A stretch of DNA of 64,000 nt from assembly GCA_965217015.1 (NCBI GenBank), contig OZ244224.1:1595067-1659066 (forward strand), read 5' to 3'. The notes beneath the pieces are model-generated. The model worked only from the letters and a program-made list of their open reading frames with translations. It was not told where the DNA came from and did not search any database. The DNA comes from Parvibaculaceae bacterium (GTDB taxonomy: Bacteria > Pseudomonadota > Alphaproteobacteria > RS24). Position 1 is the stretch's first letter, and every line of letters starts with the position of its first letter. This document shows, piece after piece, positions 51,375 through 61,513 of this stretch. The translations under genes were made by a program, and so were the position numbers.

Positions 51375-52697
51375 ATGTCAACCAGCACAAATTCGGAATT
51401 GAATATCACTCATAACCTGACACTGCCATGTGGCGCAGTGTTGAAAAATCGTTTAAGCAAAGCCGCCATGACCGAGCGGCTGGCCGAGCCAAATGGCCAT
51501 GCCAATGAACGCCATGCGCGGCTGTATCAAAAATGGGCTGAAGGTGGCGCGGGCATGTTATTGACCGGCAATGTGCAAATTGACCATCGTTATTTAGAAG
51601 CGCCTGGCAATGTTGTGATTGAAGGGCCGCAATCAGAGGCTCAGCTCGCTGCGCTCAAAGCTTGGGCAAAAGCCGGGACATCAAATGGCGCGCATTTGTG
51701 GATGCAAATTTCACATGCTGGCCGTCAAACCCCGCGGAGCATTAATGAAACACCGATTGGCCCCAGCGATATTGGCCTCAATATGCCGGGTAATTTATTT
51801 GGCACACCGCGCCCAATGACCGAAGAAGAGATTTTAGATGTGATTGAGCGTTTTGCTTATGTTGCCAGCGTGGCGCGTGAGACGGGCTTTACAGGCGTCC
51901 AAGTGCATGGTGCGCATGGCTATCTGGTTTCTGAGTTTTTATCACCAGATATTAACACCCGCACCGACCAATGGGGCGGGTCGTTGGAAAACCGCGCGCG
52001 GCTGTTGTTAGAAATTGTACGCGCCGTGCGCGCGAAAGTCGGGGCGGATTTTCCGATTGCGGTCAAACTCAATTCAGCTGATTTCCAAAAAGGCGGCTTC
52101 AGTGAAGGCGATGCCACGCAAGTGGCACAATGGTTGGCTGCTGAAGGGCTCGATTTGCTGGAAATTTCGGGTGGCACATATGAGCGGCCAGCCTTGATTG
52201 GTGCAGATGAAATTGCCCTCAACCCAGACCGGTCAGAAACACGCCGTCAAAGTACGATTGCGCGGGAGGCTTATTTTCTCGATTATGCCGCTCAAATGCG
52301 TGCGGCGGTGGAAATGCCACTTATGGTAACAGGTGGGTTTCGCTCGCGGGCAGGCATGGACGCAGCGCTGTCGGCTAATGCATGTGATGTGATTGGCATG
52401 GGGCGCCCGCTTTGCGCGGTGCCAAATGGCCCAAATGACTTGCTGTCAGGAGCCGCGCCCGCTTTGCCATTGATGGAAAAAAAGCTGCGCTTTGGACCCA
52501 TTCGCCCTGAGGCAAAGGTCAAAATTTTCATGATGTTAAACCAGCTCTTGCAGCAAAACTGGTTTTATCGCCAAATCGGCGTGATGGCTGATGGCGGTAT
52601 GCCTGATGATGGGCGTAAGGTTTTATCCTCTGCCATTCGGCAAATGCGGATTGAAGCGGCGGCGGCAAAAGCGCATCAAGCCTATTGGGGCGATTAG
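51375..52697 (+). CDS. NADH:flavin oxidoreductase (Old Yellow Enzyme family)
   Basis: 440 aa with VHGAHGYLVSEFLSP and the typical TIM-barrel OYE pattern. Confidence 0.85.
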   Translation: MSTSTNSELNITHNLTLPCGAVLKNRLSKAAMTERLAEPNGHANERHARLYQKWAEGGAGMLLTGNVQIDHRYLEAPGNVVIEGPQSEAQLAALKAWAKAGTSNGAHLWMQISHAGRQTPRSINETPIGPSDIGLNMPGNLFGTPRPMTEEEILDVIERFAYVASVARETGFTGVQVHGAHGYLVSEFLSPDINTRTDQWGGSLENRARLLLEIVRAVRAKVGADFPIAVKLNSADFQKGGFSEGDATQVAQWLAAEGLDLLEISGGTYERPALIGADEIALNPDRSETRRQSTIAREAYFLDYAAQMRAAVEMPLMVTGGFRSRAGMDAALSANACDVIGMGRPLCAVPNGPNDLLSGAAPALPLMEKKLRFGPIRPEAKVKIFMMLNQLLQQNWFYRQIGVMADGGMPDDGRKVLSSAIRQMRIEAAAAKAHQAYWGD

Positions 52698-52711
52698 GGC
52701 TTTATAAAATA

Positions 52712-53890
52712 TTAACCCAAAGGGCGGTTGAGGCGTTTGGTTTCCAGCGCTGCCAGTTCAGCCCGCTTGCGCGCGCCAGCAGATGGTTTCTCACTGGCTG
52801 ATTTTAATTGTCCGCAAGCAGCCATAATATCGCGCCCGCGTGGGGTGCGCACCGGACTGGCATAGCCCGCCCGATTGACAATCTCAGCAAAACTTTCAAT
52901 CCGTTCCCAGCTTGAGCATTCATAAGCTGCGCCTGGCCATGGGTTGAAAGGGATTAGATTTATTTTGGCGGGTATGCCTTTTAACAAGCGCACCAATTCG
53001 CGGGCATCGGCATCTGAATCATTCACATCTTTGAGCATGACATATTCAAAAGTAATACGCCTTGCATTGGATAAATGCGGATAGGCGCGACAGGCGGCTA
53101 ATAGGTCTTGCAAAGGATATTTTTTATTGAGTGGCACGAGTTCATTGCGTAAATCGTCACGCACCGCGTGCAATGAAATAGCCAGCATGACGCCTGTATC
53201 CGCACCCACGCGTTCAATTTCTGGCACCACGCCAGATGTTGATAAAGTGATGCGGCGTTTGCTCAGCGCCAGCCCATTGCCGTCGGCCATAATTTTCAGC
53301 GCGGGAATAACCTCATCACTATTGTAAAGTGGCTCGCCCATGCCCATCATCACCACATTGGTGATTTTACGCCCCTGATGATTTTGGTTTGGGTTGTTAT
53401 CACCCCCCCAATCATTCAAGTCGTCACGCGCCGCGATAAGCTGCCCGACAATTTCATCAGCTGTTAAATTGCGCACCAGCCGCATTGTGCCTGTATGACA
53501 AAAAGTGCAGTTTAATGTGCAACCAACCTGCGAGGATATGCATAAAGTACCGCGTCCTGGTTCTGGGATATAAACAGTCTCGATTTCATGGCCGTCATGA
53601 AGCCTGAATAGATATTTGCGTGTGCCGTCTTCAGAGAGCTGTTTTTGACTGACTTCTAAGCGCGGCAGACGCGCATGTGTTTTCAGGGTTTCGCGCAGCT
53701 CTTTAGACAGATTCGACATCGCGTCAAAATCGGTTGCCCCATGTACATAAAGCCAGCTCCATATTTGATTGGCGCGCATTTTGGTTTGTTTGTCGCCAAC
53801 GCCCATTTGCCCTAATGCCGCTTGTAAATCATGCGGGCTTAAGCCAACTAAATTTGTCAGCTCGTCTGGCGTTTTAGAGGTGTGCGTCAT
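52712..53890 (-). CDS. rlmN: 23S rRNA (adenine2503-C2)-methyltransferase, radical SAM
   Basis: 392 aa with [11 protein letters not shown] (CxxxCxxC) and MGMGEPL. Confidence 0.95.
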   Translation of the reverse strand: MTHTSKTPDELTNLVGLSPHDLQAALGQMGVGDKQTKMRANQIWSWLYVHGATDFDAMSNLSKELRETLKTHARLPRLEVSQKQLSEDGTRKYLFRLHDGHEIETVYIPEPGRGTLCISSQVGCTLNCTFCHTGTMRLVRNLTADEIVGQLIAARDDLNDWGGDNNPNQNHQGRKITNVVMMGMGEPLYNSDEVIPALKIMADGNGLALSKRRITLSTSGVVPEIERVGADTGVMLAISLHAVRDDLRNELVPLNKKYPLQDLLAACRAYPHLSNARRITFEYVMLKDVNDSDADARELVRLLKGIPAKINLIPFNPWPGAAYECSSWERIESFAEIVNRAGYASPVRTPRGRDIMAACGQLKSASEKPSAGARKRAELAALETKRLNRPLG

Positions 53891-54423
53891 TTTGGGCAGA
53901 CTTTATTGAGATGATTATAGGCGGCGGTAAAACCCATTAGCGAATATTCATCTGTGGTGAGTGTGCCGCGTGCTGAGGTGCCTTTGAAGCGCATACGCGT
54001 GCCGGCTTTCAGGGTTTTGATAAATAGTGCATGGTCAGCAGCATTTTCCATCCATGCCCAGCTCGGCGCGCTATGTTCTTGGGCGGCGCCGGTAAAAAAA
54101 GAAAATGTGTCTTTGCCGATTTGTGCAAAAGGTTTGCTGCTGGACGAAAACGGATAGCCAATTCTAAGGCTAACTTCGTCATACACGCCCTGTCCCGGCC
54201 GGTGGCTAATGGAAATAAATATCTCACCGCGCCGCACATTGGAGGGTGTTTTTTTGCGCGGCTCTGAAGAAATATGACAACTCATGGTCTCGCCACTGCC
54301 TGATTTAAAAACCCGCCAAGCTTTATATTTGGCGATTTCTTGTAATGATTGAGCTGATGCAAGACCAGGCAAAATCACAACAAATAGGCCAGCAATTGTT
54401 AGATTTTTAAATTTTTTGATCAT
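53887..54423 (-). CDS. invasion-associated locus B (IalB)-like periplasmic protein
   Basis: 178 aa with a signal peptide. A 4-bp overlap with rlmN matches the conserved alphaproteobacterial pairing. Confidence 0.55.
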   Translation of the reverse strand: MIKKFKNLTIAGLFVVILPGLASAQSLQEIAKYKAWRVFKSGSGETMSCHISSEPRKKTPSNVRRGEIFISISHRPGQGVYDEVSLRIGYPFSSSSKPFAQIGKDTFSFFTGAAQEHSAPSWAWMENAADHALFIKTLKAGTRMRFKGTSARGTLTTDEYSLMGFTAAYNHLNKVCPK

Positions 54424-54594
54424 GAAACACCTTGTTAAACAATTCTAAAATAAAGCGTTTGGGTTTATTTGACCATAATTAAAATTTTAAAAACACCGAA
54501 TCCGCTTGCAATCGGGCAGAAATTAGAGTGGGATAGAGTTGCGTTTGAGTTTCTGCGCGTAAAAAAGAAACTGAATACTTTTAAGAGGCGTAAA

Positions 54595-55218
54595 GTGGCC
54601 GAGAATATCGGCGGCCAGAATAATGTAGATGCTGATTTAGCCATTAATGGAGCATCTGACCATCAAGAACTTGACCGGGGACAACTGTCAAATCTTATCC
54701 TTGCCATTGCAACGGATAAAGACCGTGAAGCTTTTAAGACGCTTTATTTATATTTCGCCCCCCGTCTCAAAGGTTACTTGATGAGAATTGGATCCTCGCC
54801 CTCGCAGGCAGAGGAAATTGTTCAGGACGTAATGTTAACTGTTTGGCGTAAAGCGCCGCTTTTTGACCCCAGAAAGGCGGCCCCTTCCACATGGCTTTTT
54901 ACCATTGCCAGAAATCGGCGTATTGATATTTTGCGGCGGCGCAAAAGCACAGACCTTGACCCGCATGAACCAGCCCTCCACCCCGAAGAACCCCCGCGTC
55001 CAGATGAAGAGGCCATTCGCGTTGACCGGTCTGAAAAAGTTCTCGATGTTCTTAAAACATTGCCGAAAGAGCAGATGTCACTCATTCGTCTTTCTTTTTA
55101 TAAAGGCTGGTCGCATAGCGAAATTGCCAAAGAGACCGGCTTGCCGCTTGGCACCGTCAAATCACGGTTGCGGTTGGCTTTTTCTCGCCTGCGCGACATG
55201 CTGAAAGAAGTTGATTAG
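54595..55218 (+). CDS. ECF-type RNA polymerase sigma-70 family factor
   Basis: Region 2 (AEEIVQDVMLTVWRKAPLFDP) and region 4 HTH (WSHSEIAKETGLPLGTVKSRLRLA). I prefer GTG at 54595, 6 nt after AAGAGG, to the TTG at 54469. Confidence 0.8.
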   Translation: MAENIGGQNNVDADLAINGASDHQELDRGQLSNLILAIATDKDREAFKTLYLYFAPRLKGYLMRIGSSPSQAEEIVQDVMLTVWRKAPLFDPRKAAPSTWLFTIARNRRIDILRRRKSTDLDPHEPALHPEEPPRPDEEAIRVDRSEKVLDVLKTLPKEQMSLIRLSFYKGWSHSEIAKETGLPLGTVKSRLRLAFSRLRDMLKEVD

Positions 55219-55229
55219 CCACATATCAT

Positions 55230-55724
55230 CTAAGGTTGAAATTGCACACCCTTTGTGCCGCCTGGCATAACAGGGCGTGGCTCAAACTGGCCCAATGTTT
55301 GAACGCGGTCATACATAACAATCGCCCCTGCAATCTGGACATTGATACAAAATTTTGTGGGAATACGAATAATATGGTGACATTTTGCGCGCATCTCATC
55401 AGATAAAGAGCCGCGCTCAGGCCCTAAAACATAGGCAGCGCATCGCGGATGCGTAAAACTTGGCAAGTCAATCGCCTCATCGGTCAACTCAATGCCAACA
55501 ATTTGGCAACCTTTGGGCAAAATCATATCGTCTAAATTTTCCCAGTCATACCACGGGACATTATGATGTGTGCGCGATGTGTCAGACTTGGCTTGGCGCA
55601 CTTTATAGGTCGCGTTTATGGTAAACACAAAGCTGGCGCCAAAAGCATGGGCAGACCGAATGAGGTTGCCCATATTCATTGGCTTGGAAATACCTTCGAC
55701 ACCAATTCCAAAATAACCGCGCAT
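55230..55724 (-). CDS. SPOUT (SpoU/TrmH-type) RNA 2'-O-methyltransferase
   Basis: 164 aa with GIGVEGISKPMNMGNLIRSAHAFG and a C-terminal knot region IRIP.... Confidence 0.6.
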   Translation of the reverse strand: MRGYFGIGVEGISKPMNMGNLIRSAHAFGASFVFTINATYKVRQAKSDTSRTHHNVPWYDWENLDDMILPKGCQIVGIELTDEAIDLPSFTHPRCAAYVLGPERGSLSDEMRAKCHHIIRIPTKFCINVQIAGAIVMYDRVQTLGQFEPRPVMPGGTKGVQFQP

Positions 55725-55833
55725 TTTGCCTTGTTACATCTTTCCTGCTTGCGTCAGACCATCAATAATGAATTAATAGAGCCATTTGGAAGACTCAGCA
55801 AGCATCTGCAAGCAAAAGACGATTGGGGGAAAA

Positions 55834-56838
55834 ATGAAAGCTGTTTTATGTAAAGAACATGGATTGCCAGAAACGCTGGTGATGGAAGAAATTGACGCGC
55901 CGGTGCCGGGCAAGGGTGAAATCCTGCTCGATGTGCATTCTGCGGCGGTGAACTTTCCTGATTATTTAATCATTCAGAATAAATATCAGATGAAGCCTGA
56001 ATTGCCATTTTCACCCGGCAGCGAGGTTGCTGGCAGGGTTGCGGCTTTGGGCGAGGGTGTTGATGGGCTAAAGGTCGGCGATAAGGTTTTGGGTCTTTGC
56101 GGGTTTAACGGGTTTCGCGAGCAAACAACTTTGCCCGCCGCCGCTTGTGTGCCAATGCCAGATGCAATGTCATTTCATGTTGGGGCTTCGCTGATTATGA
56201 CCTATGGCACATCTTATCATGCCTTGAAACAACGCGCGCAGCTCCAGCCGGGTGAGACGATTTTCATTATGGGTGCCTCAGGCGGGGTTGGGCTGGCGGC
56301 GATTGATCTGGCCAAAACAATGGGCGCAAAAGTTATCGCCGCTGCCTCTACAGAAGAAAAGCTTGATTTGTGCCGCGCCTATGGGGCTGACGAGACTTTG
56401 CTTTACCCGACAGGGGAGATGGATAAAGACCAGGCCAAAGCGTTTACCGCGCAGATTAAAGAGCTGAGCGGTGGCAAGGGGGTTGATGTTATTTATGATC
56501 CGGTGGGCGATGTTTATGCTGAACCTGCCATTCGTGCAATGGCGTGGAATGGGCGTTATTTGGTGATTGGGTTTGCCGCGGGCGAGATACCGAAAATGCC
56601 GTTGAATTTAACCCTGCTCAAAGGCTGCTCAATTGTAGGCGTGTTTTGGGGGCAGTTTACATTTATGGAAGCTGAGTTATCGGCTCAAAATAATCGCGAG
56701 TTAATGGAGATGGAAGCTGATGGGCGCATTAAGCCGCATGTGTCAAAGGTATTTTCCTTTGAACAAACGGCAGAGGCCATTGCCCATATTGGGGCGCGTC
56801 AGGCAACGGGCAAAGTGGTTGTGGAGGTGCGCGCTTAA
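55834..56838 (+). CDS. NADPH:quinone oxidoreductase (MDR / zinc-type alcohol dehydrogenase family)
   Basis: [10 protein letters not shown] start after [21 protein letters not shown] nucleotide-binding motif. Confidence 0.85.
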   Translation: MKAVLCKEHGLPETLVMEEIDAPVPGKGEILLDVHSAAVNFPDYLIIQNKYQMKPELPFSPGSEVAGRVAALGEGVDGLKVGDKVLGLCGFNGFREQTTLPAAACVPMPDAMSFHVGASLIMTYGTSYHALKQRAQLQPGETIFIMGASGGVGLAAIDLAKTMGAKVIAAASTEEKLDLCRAYGADETLLYPTGEMDKDQAKAFTAQIKELSGGKGVDVIYDPVGDVYAEPAIRAMAWNGRYLVIGFAAGEIPKMPLNLTLLKGCSIVGVFWGQFTFMEAELSAQNNRELMEMEADGRIKPHVSKVFSFEQTAEAIAHIGARQATGKVVVEVRA

Positions 56839-57158
56839 CGGGTCTTTTTGGCCCGCCCAGCCGTGCCAGCAGATTTGTCCATAAATTGCGCCAGCTCAAC
56901 ATCAAGCTTGCTAAGACCGCCGACATCATGGGTCGCGAGCGTGACTTTGACTGTGTTATAGACATTAAACCATTCTGGGTGATGGTCCATTTGTTCAGCC
57001 CGCAAGGCCACCCGCGTCATCCATGCAAAAGCTGTGCTGAAGCTGGTAAAAACATATGTTTTTTCAATCGCCTCGCGCCCGCGCGTTTTTTTCCAGCTTG
57101 GCAGCTTTTTCATGGCAGCGCGTCTTTGTTCCGTCGAAAGTTTCTCAAGCATCATCAC
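56835..57158 (-). CDS. 4a-hydroxytetrahydrobiopterin (pterin-4-alpha-carbinolamine) dehydratase
   Basis: 107 aa with [29 protein letters not shown]. Confidence 0.85.
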   Translation of the reverse strand: MMMLEKLSTEQRRAAMKKLPSWKKTRGREAIEKTYVFTSFSTAFAWMTRVALRAEQMDHHPEWFNVYNTVKVTLATHDVGGLSKLDVELAQFMDKSAGTAGRAKKTR

Positions 57159-58118
57159 CCCTTACAAATCATCATAACCATACTCGCTCATATGTTTCAT
57201 CATTCATCAGAAAAACCACCATTACCAGCCTTTTTTCGCTTGTGCCAAATATAAGGGCGGACGCAGAATAGGGTTTCTATTATCAAAAATTGAAATTAAG
57301 AGCAAAATTTGAAAATAAGCGCCTTGTGACGGGTGTTTTTTTGTGTAGTGCAAAGCCTTTAGGCGTTTGGGCTGGCTAAAGCTTTTGGTGTTTGGGCTGG
57401 TCTTTCTGCCCGATTTCATTTTGCGTCTGGCCTCTATTTCTTTTGTGTTTTTCTTTTTGTGTTGCTGAAAAGCAGTTGCTGATGGCTGACATTTGTCAGA
57501 ATTCCGGCTTAACTTTTTTTTAAGAGATATGGGTTTTTCTTAAAACTGTTGTGAAAGCAGTTTGAGAGTCAAAATGAATTTACCCTTTTTATCTCTGTCG
57601 ATTGTTCGGAATTCCCGCGTTACAGAAAATCGTAACATAGTGCGCATGGCTGTTTTGAGTCTTAAAGGCGGCCAGAATGCGCTGTGTTTTTTTGGGCAAT
57701 TATCACTCACGTCAAAAGCTTTATGCGTGTTCTTTCATGCGCAGGTGCTTGAAAGAGTGAAACAGAAAAAAGAAAAATCATGGGCAAGACGTTATCTTCA
57801 AAGTCATCTCCAGCGCATTTCAAAAACGGCCAAAATCAAATTATCAAGGCTCAAAAAAGCAGATGTTTTTTTCTCCTTTCACAGTTTTGGGGGTGGGTTA
57901 CAGCCCAACCCCAAAAAGGTGGCACATCCGGCACAACTTCAGAGCAAAAAGAAGTCAGGCCAACTGACCAGCCGGGTGTGTCGCGCCTATCAAACATGTT
58001 TTGCCAAGCGGTCTTTACTTTTTCTAAAGGGGTTGTGTCTAGCCTTACGCCAGCCCTCCCAATCCGGTTGGCTGACATAATAAATGTGAATTTTCGTTGC
58101 GTTTTGAAAGGAGTGAAT

Positions 58119-59687
58119 ATGCGATTTTTATTTCCCCCCCTTAAGTCTCTCATCATCATGTTGATGGTTCTGCTGCTGATAATAGCAGTAAGCCCTGCGG
58201 GTTTTGCGCAATCGCAAAAACCACAATCACTGCTTGATGTTGCCAAGCAATATGAAAAACTGTCTGGCAAGGAGCATTTGAGTGCGCTTTATCAGCCCGG
58301 TGTCCGTTTGGGCGAGGGCGGCGCGGCTGGCATTGATGCTGCCGCGAATGAGGCGGCTCTTATCCGCACGCAAATTATTTCTAAACTCACCAATCACCCG
58401 CGCCTGAGCGAAGCCCGCTTAAATGTGTGTTCAGCGAGCTTCCAAATCAGGCTCAATAAAGCGCGGTATTTTCCCAAGCTCACCATGTCGATTACGGGTG
58501 GTGATAAGCTCGTGAATAAAACCACCCGCGCCGATGAATTTGGTGGTCGAGACAGCCCCGAATATGATGGCCGCGGCATCAATGCGACATTGCAATTGCG
58601 CCAGCAAATTTATGATTGGGGTGATACAGCTGCCAGTATTGATTTGGCGCGGGTTGACCGCAACCGTGCTTTGCTGGAGCGCCTAAATGTGCTTGATGAG
58701 CAAACCGCGGCGGTGTTGCAGGCGGCGATGGAATATGCAGCGCAATCTGAACTTTATAACTATTTACGCGCTCAGGAGCTGGTGCTTGAAAAATCGCTTA
58801 CCAGTGTAGAGGCGCGTTTTGAGGCGGGTGCGGGGCGGCTTTCGGAGGTTCGCCAAGCACAATTATTACGGCTTGAAAACCAGTCGCAAATTGATATGTC
58901 CATGCGCCGGCGCGAGCAGGCCAGTGAAATTTTGACCGGTCAATATATGTTGACGGCGCAAGAGGCGCAAGAAATCGTGGCGCAGTTCAAATCCATGCGC
59001 CCGCCCACGCCGCCCATCGTCCCTGCTGCTGCCAGCTTACAGGGCCGGATTTTGGGTCTCAATCTACAGGCGACGGATTATGAAAGTAAACGCCTAGAAG
59101 CCCAGCGATACCCAAGAATTGAGGGCGTGTTGGCTGGCCGCGCTTGGGACATAAACCGCTCTTCGCAATGTGGGGGTGAGCTTAATCGCTTGCACCCTGA
59201 TGCGGTCAATCGCGGCAGTCTTTTTTCAGCCGATTATCGCAGGGGCCAAAACTGCCACACGCATGAATTTGCTGGCAGCCTGGAATTTACCCTGCCGCTT
59301 TATGATGGCGGTGCCAATAAGGCGCAACGCGGCGAGGTGCGCTCACGCCAAAAAGGGATTGAAGCGCAAAGACTGGATTTTATCCGCACCCATGAGGCGG
59401 AAAGTAACTATATCGCCAAGCAATTGGTGGAATATCAGAACCGCTTGATTTCATTAAATGACCAGCTTGAGAAACTGAAAGGCCAGTTGGAAAGCCTGCA
59501 GGCCACACAAGGGCACACTCAATTTAACCCGCTTGAGGTGGCCAGATTGCAAGCCCAGCTGATTAAGACCGAGACAGAACAAATTTTACTCGGTTATCAA
59601 ACAGAAAATATACACCTTGAAGGATTGTTGCGTGCCAATATTCTCGCCAGCACTTTAGGGATCGAATTGGAGACTCCCGGATGCTAG
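58119..59687 (+). CDS. TolC-family type I secretion outer-membrane protein
   Basis: The ATG at 58119 follows AAAGGAG and opens a signal peptide (MRFLFPPLKSLIIMLMVLLLIIAVSPAGFA). Two OEP-like repeats follow. The 113-codon upstream extension in the ORF track is not protein-like. Confidence 0.8.
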   Translation: MRFLFPPLKSLIIMLMVLLLIIAVSPAGFAQSQKPQSLLDVAKQYEKLSGKEHLSALYQPGVRLGEGGAAGIDAAANEAALIRTQIISKLTNHPRLSEARLNVCSASFQIRLNKARYFPKLTMSITGGDKLVNKTTRADEFGGRDSPEYDGRGINATLQLRQQIYDWGDTAASIDLARVDRNRALLERLNVLDEQTAAVLQAAMEYAAQSELYNYLRAQELVLEKSLTSVEARFEAGAGRLSEVRQAQLLRLENQSQIDMSMRRREQASEILTGQYMLTAQEAQEIVAQFKSMRPPTPPIVPAAASLQGRILGLNLQATDYESKRLEAQRYPRIEGVLAGRAWDINRSSQCGGELNRLHPDAVNRGSLFSADYRRGQNCHTHEFAGSLEFTLPLYDGGANKAQRGEVRSRQKGIEAQRLDFIRTHEAESNYIAKQLVEYQNRLISLNDQLEKLKGQLESLQATQGHTQFNPLEVARLQAQLIKTETEQILLGYQTENIHLEGLLRANILASTLGIELETPGC

Positions 59688-61465
59688 ATACAGCTAAAGA
59701 AAACCAACCTCATCAGACAGCCAATCAAAAAACCAGCCCAAAAGCTGGCAATGAGTTCACGGGCCATTGGTTTTGGGGGCCGGTTTTGGCCTGTCGCAAA
59801 ATCTATGGTCAGGTGATTGCGGCCTCTGTTTTAATCAATCTTTTTGCCCTTGCCTCATCGCTTTACATTATGACGGTTTATGACCGCGTGATTCCGAATA
59901 AGGCGGTTGAAAGCCTGTGGGCGCTCACCCTAATTATGATTGTGGTGATGGGCTTTGACTTTGCCATGAAAGTGGTGCGCGGGTCATTTGTGGACGCGGC
60001 GAGCGCGCGGATTGACCGTGTTGTTTCGGAAAATCTGTTTGAGCGCGTGGCCAGACGCGATGTTAATCTCGATAAGCAAGCCACGGGCGCGCTGGCCAAT
60101 ACAGTGCGTGAATTTGATGTTCTCAAAGAGGTGATTGGCTCGGCGAGCTTCACTGTTTTTTCGGATTTGCCCTTTGTGCTGCTGTTCCTTGTTGTGCTGT
60201 ATATTATTGGCGGCCCTGTGGCGGCGGTGCCAGCTATGGTTGTGCCGGGCGTGATTATATTCGGGCTTTTGGTGCAGCCGATTATGCGCCGTTTGACATT
60301 GGCGGGCATGTTGCAAGGTCGCAGCAAACAGGCGGTGATGGTTGAAATGATTGGCGCGCTTGAGACGCTGAAAACCATTCGCGGTTTAGGCATGTTACGC
60401 TTGCGCTGGTTGCAGGCGGTTGTCAATCAAAGTTCAGCCAATCGCAAAACCCGCCTGACCACGCAATTGGTGCAATATGTGACGCAATTGGGGCAGCAAA
60501 TCTCACAAGTGGGTATTGTTGTTTATGGCGTTTATTTGATTGCGGCAGGCGATTTGACCATGGGGCAGCTGATTGCTTGTGTGATTTTATCAGGCCGCAC
60601 ATTGGCGCCGCTTGGGCAGATTACCCAGCTTTTGGGCCGCATGAATCAGGCCATTAGCGCTTATCGCAATCTGGACGATATTTTATCTGGCGAAACAGTT
60701 GAAGAAAAACGCGCCGATCAGGTTAAGCGCGAGCGCCTGAAAGGTGATGTCGCGTTGCATCATGTGAACTTCACCTATGAAGGCATGAATGAGCCGACTT
60801 TGAGCCAAATCAATCTCAACATTAAAGCTGGCGAGCGCGTTGCGGTGTTGGGGCGGATTGGCTCTGGGAAAACCACGCTTTTGAAAATGCTGGCCGGTCT
60901 TTATGAGCCAGACACTGGCACGGTGATGGTTGATAATGCCGATATACGGCATTTACGGCCTGTTGATTTGCGCAATAATATTGGCGTTGTTTTCCAAAAC
61001 CCAATCTTGTTTTCAGGCACATTGCGCGAAAATCTCCTAATGGGATATCCCGAAGCAAGTGATGAAGATTTGATACAAGCTGTGCAGGCGGCAGGGGCTG
61101 ACAGTTTTATCGGTCAATTGCCGGGTGGTTTTGATTTCCCGCTTACTGAGCGCGGCTCCGAGCTATCAACGGGTATGCGCCAGTCTTTGGCGATTGCCCG
61201 CGCCATGATTTCCGAGCCCTCGCTTTTGCTAATGGACGAGCCAACCGCCGCGATGGACGCGGGAACAGAGCAAAAAATTGTGCAATCGCTTGATGCAGCC
61301 ACCAAGGGCATCACATGTGTTTTTGTGACGCATCGCGGCTCCATGCTGCAAATTGTGGACCGCATTGTGATTGTGGATAGCGGGCGGATTGTCGCTGATG
61401 GGCCAAGAGACGAGGTTCTTAAACGCTTGCAACAGGGGCAGGAAGCCCCGCCGCAGCAAAATTAA
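59681..61465 (+). CDS. type I secretion ABC transporter permease/ATPase (PrtD/HasD-like, no C39/CLD N-domain)
   Basis: 594 aa with a 6-TM domain. Walker A GRIGSGKTTLLKML, signature LSTGMRQ and Walker B LLLMDEPTAAMD. The start overlaps the tolC-like stop by 7 nt. Confidence 0.9.
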   Translation: MLDTAKENQPHQTANQKTSPKAGNEFTGHWFWGPVLACRKIYGQVIAASVLINLFALASSLYIMTVYDRVIPNKAVESLWALTLIMIVVMGFDFAMKVVRGSFVDAASARIDRVVSENLFERVARRDVNLDKQATGALANTVREFDVLKEVIGSASFTVFSDLPFVLLFLVVLYIIGGPVAAVPAMVVPGVIIFGLLVQPIMRRLTLAGMLQGRSKQAVMVEMIGALETLKTIRGLGMLRLRWLQAVVNQSSANRKTRLTTQLVQYVTQLGQQISQVGIVVYGVYLIAAGDLTMGQLIACVILSGRTLAPLGQITQLLGRMNQAISAYRNLDDILSGETVEEKRADQVKRERLKGDVALHHVNFTYEGMNEPTLSQINLNIKAGERVAVLGRIGSGKTTLLKMLAGLYEPDTGTVMVDNADIRHLRPVDLRNNIGVVFQNPILFSGTLRENLLMGYPEASDEDLIQAVQAAGADSFIGQLPGGFDFPLTERGSELSTGMRQSLAIARAMISEPSLLLMDEPTAAMDAGTEQKIVQSLDAATKGITCVFVTHRGSMLQIVDRIVIVDSGRIVADGPRDEVLKRLQQGQEAPPQQN

Positions 61466-61513
61466 ACCACCCAAAAGCATGCCATTTTTTAACAAGAAAG
61501 TTTTGAGGATAGA

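Noticed and set aside
54595-55218. An ECF sigma factor lacking an adjacent anti-sigma gene, considered as an unusual orphan.
   Set aside because: Both flanking genes are on the opposite strand and unrelated, but orphan ECF sigma factors with distal or absent anti-sigma factors are common. Nothing in the sequence marks this one as special.
57562-58118. A 172-aa ORF (57562-58080) and the 113-codon N-terminal extension of the tolC-like ORF (57780-58118).
   Set aside because: The sequences are basic and low-complexity with no RBS and no domain-like features. A strong AAAGGAG-N5-ATG followed by a textbook signal peptide at 58119 explains the tolC-like gene without them.
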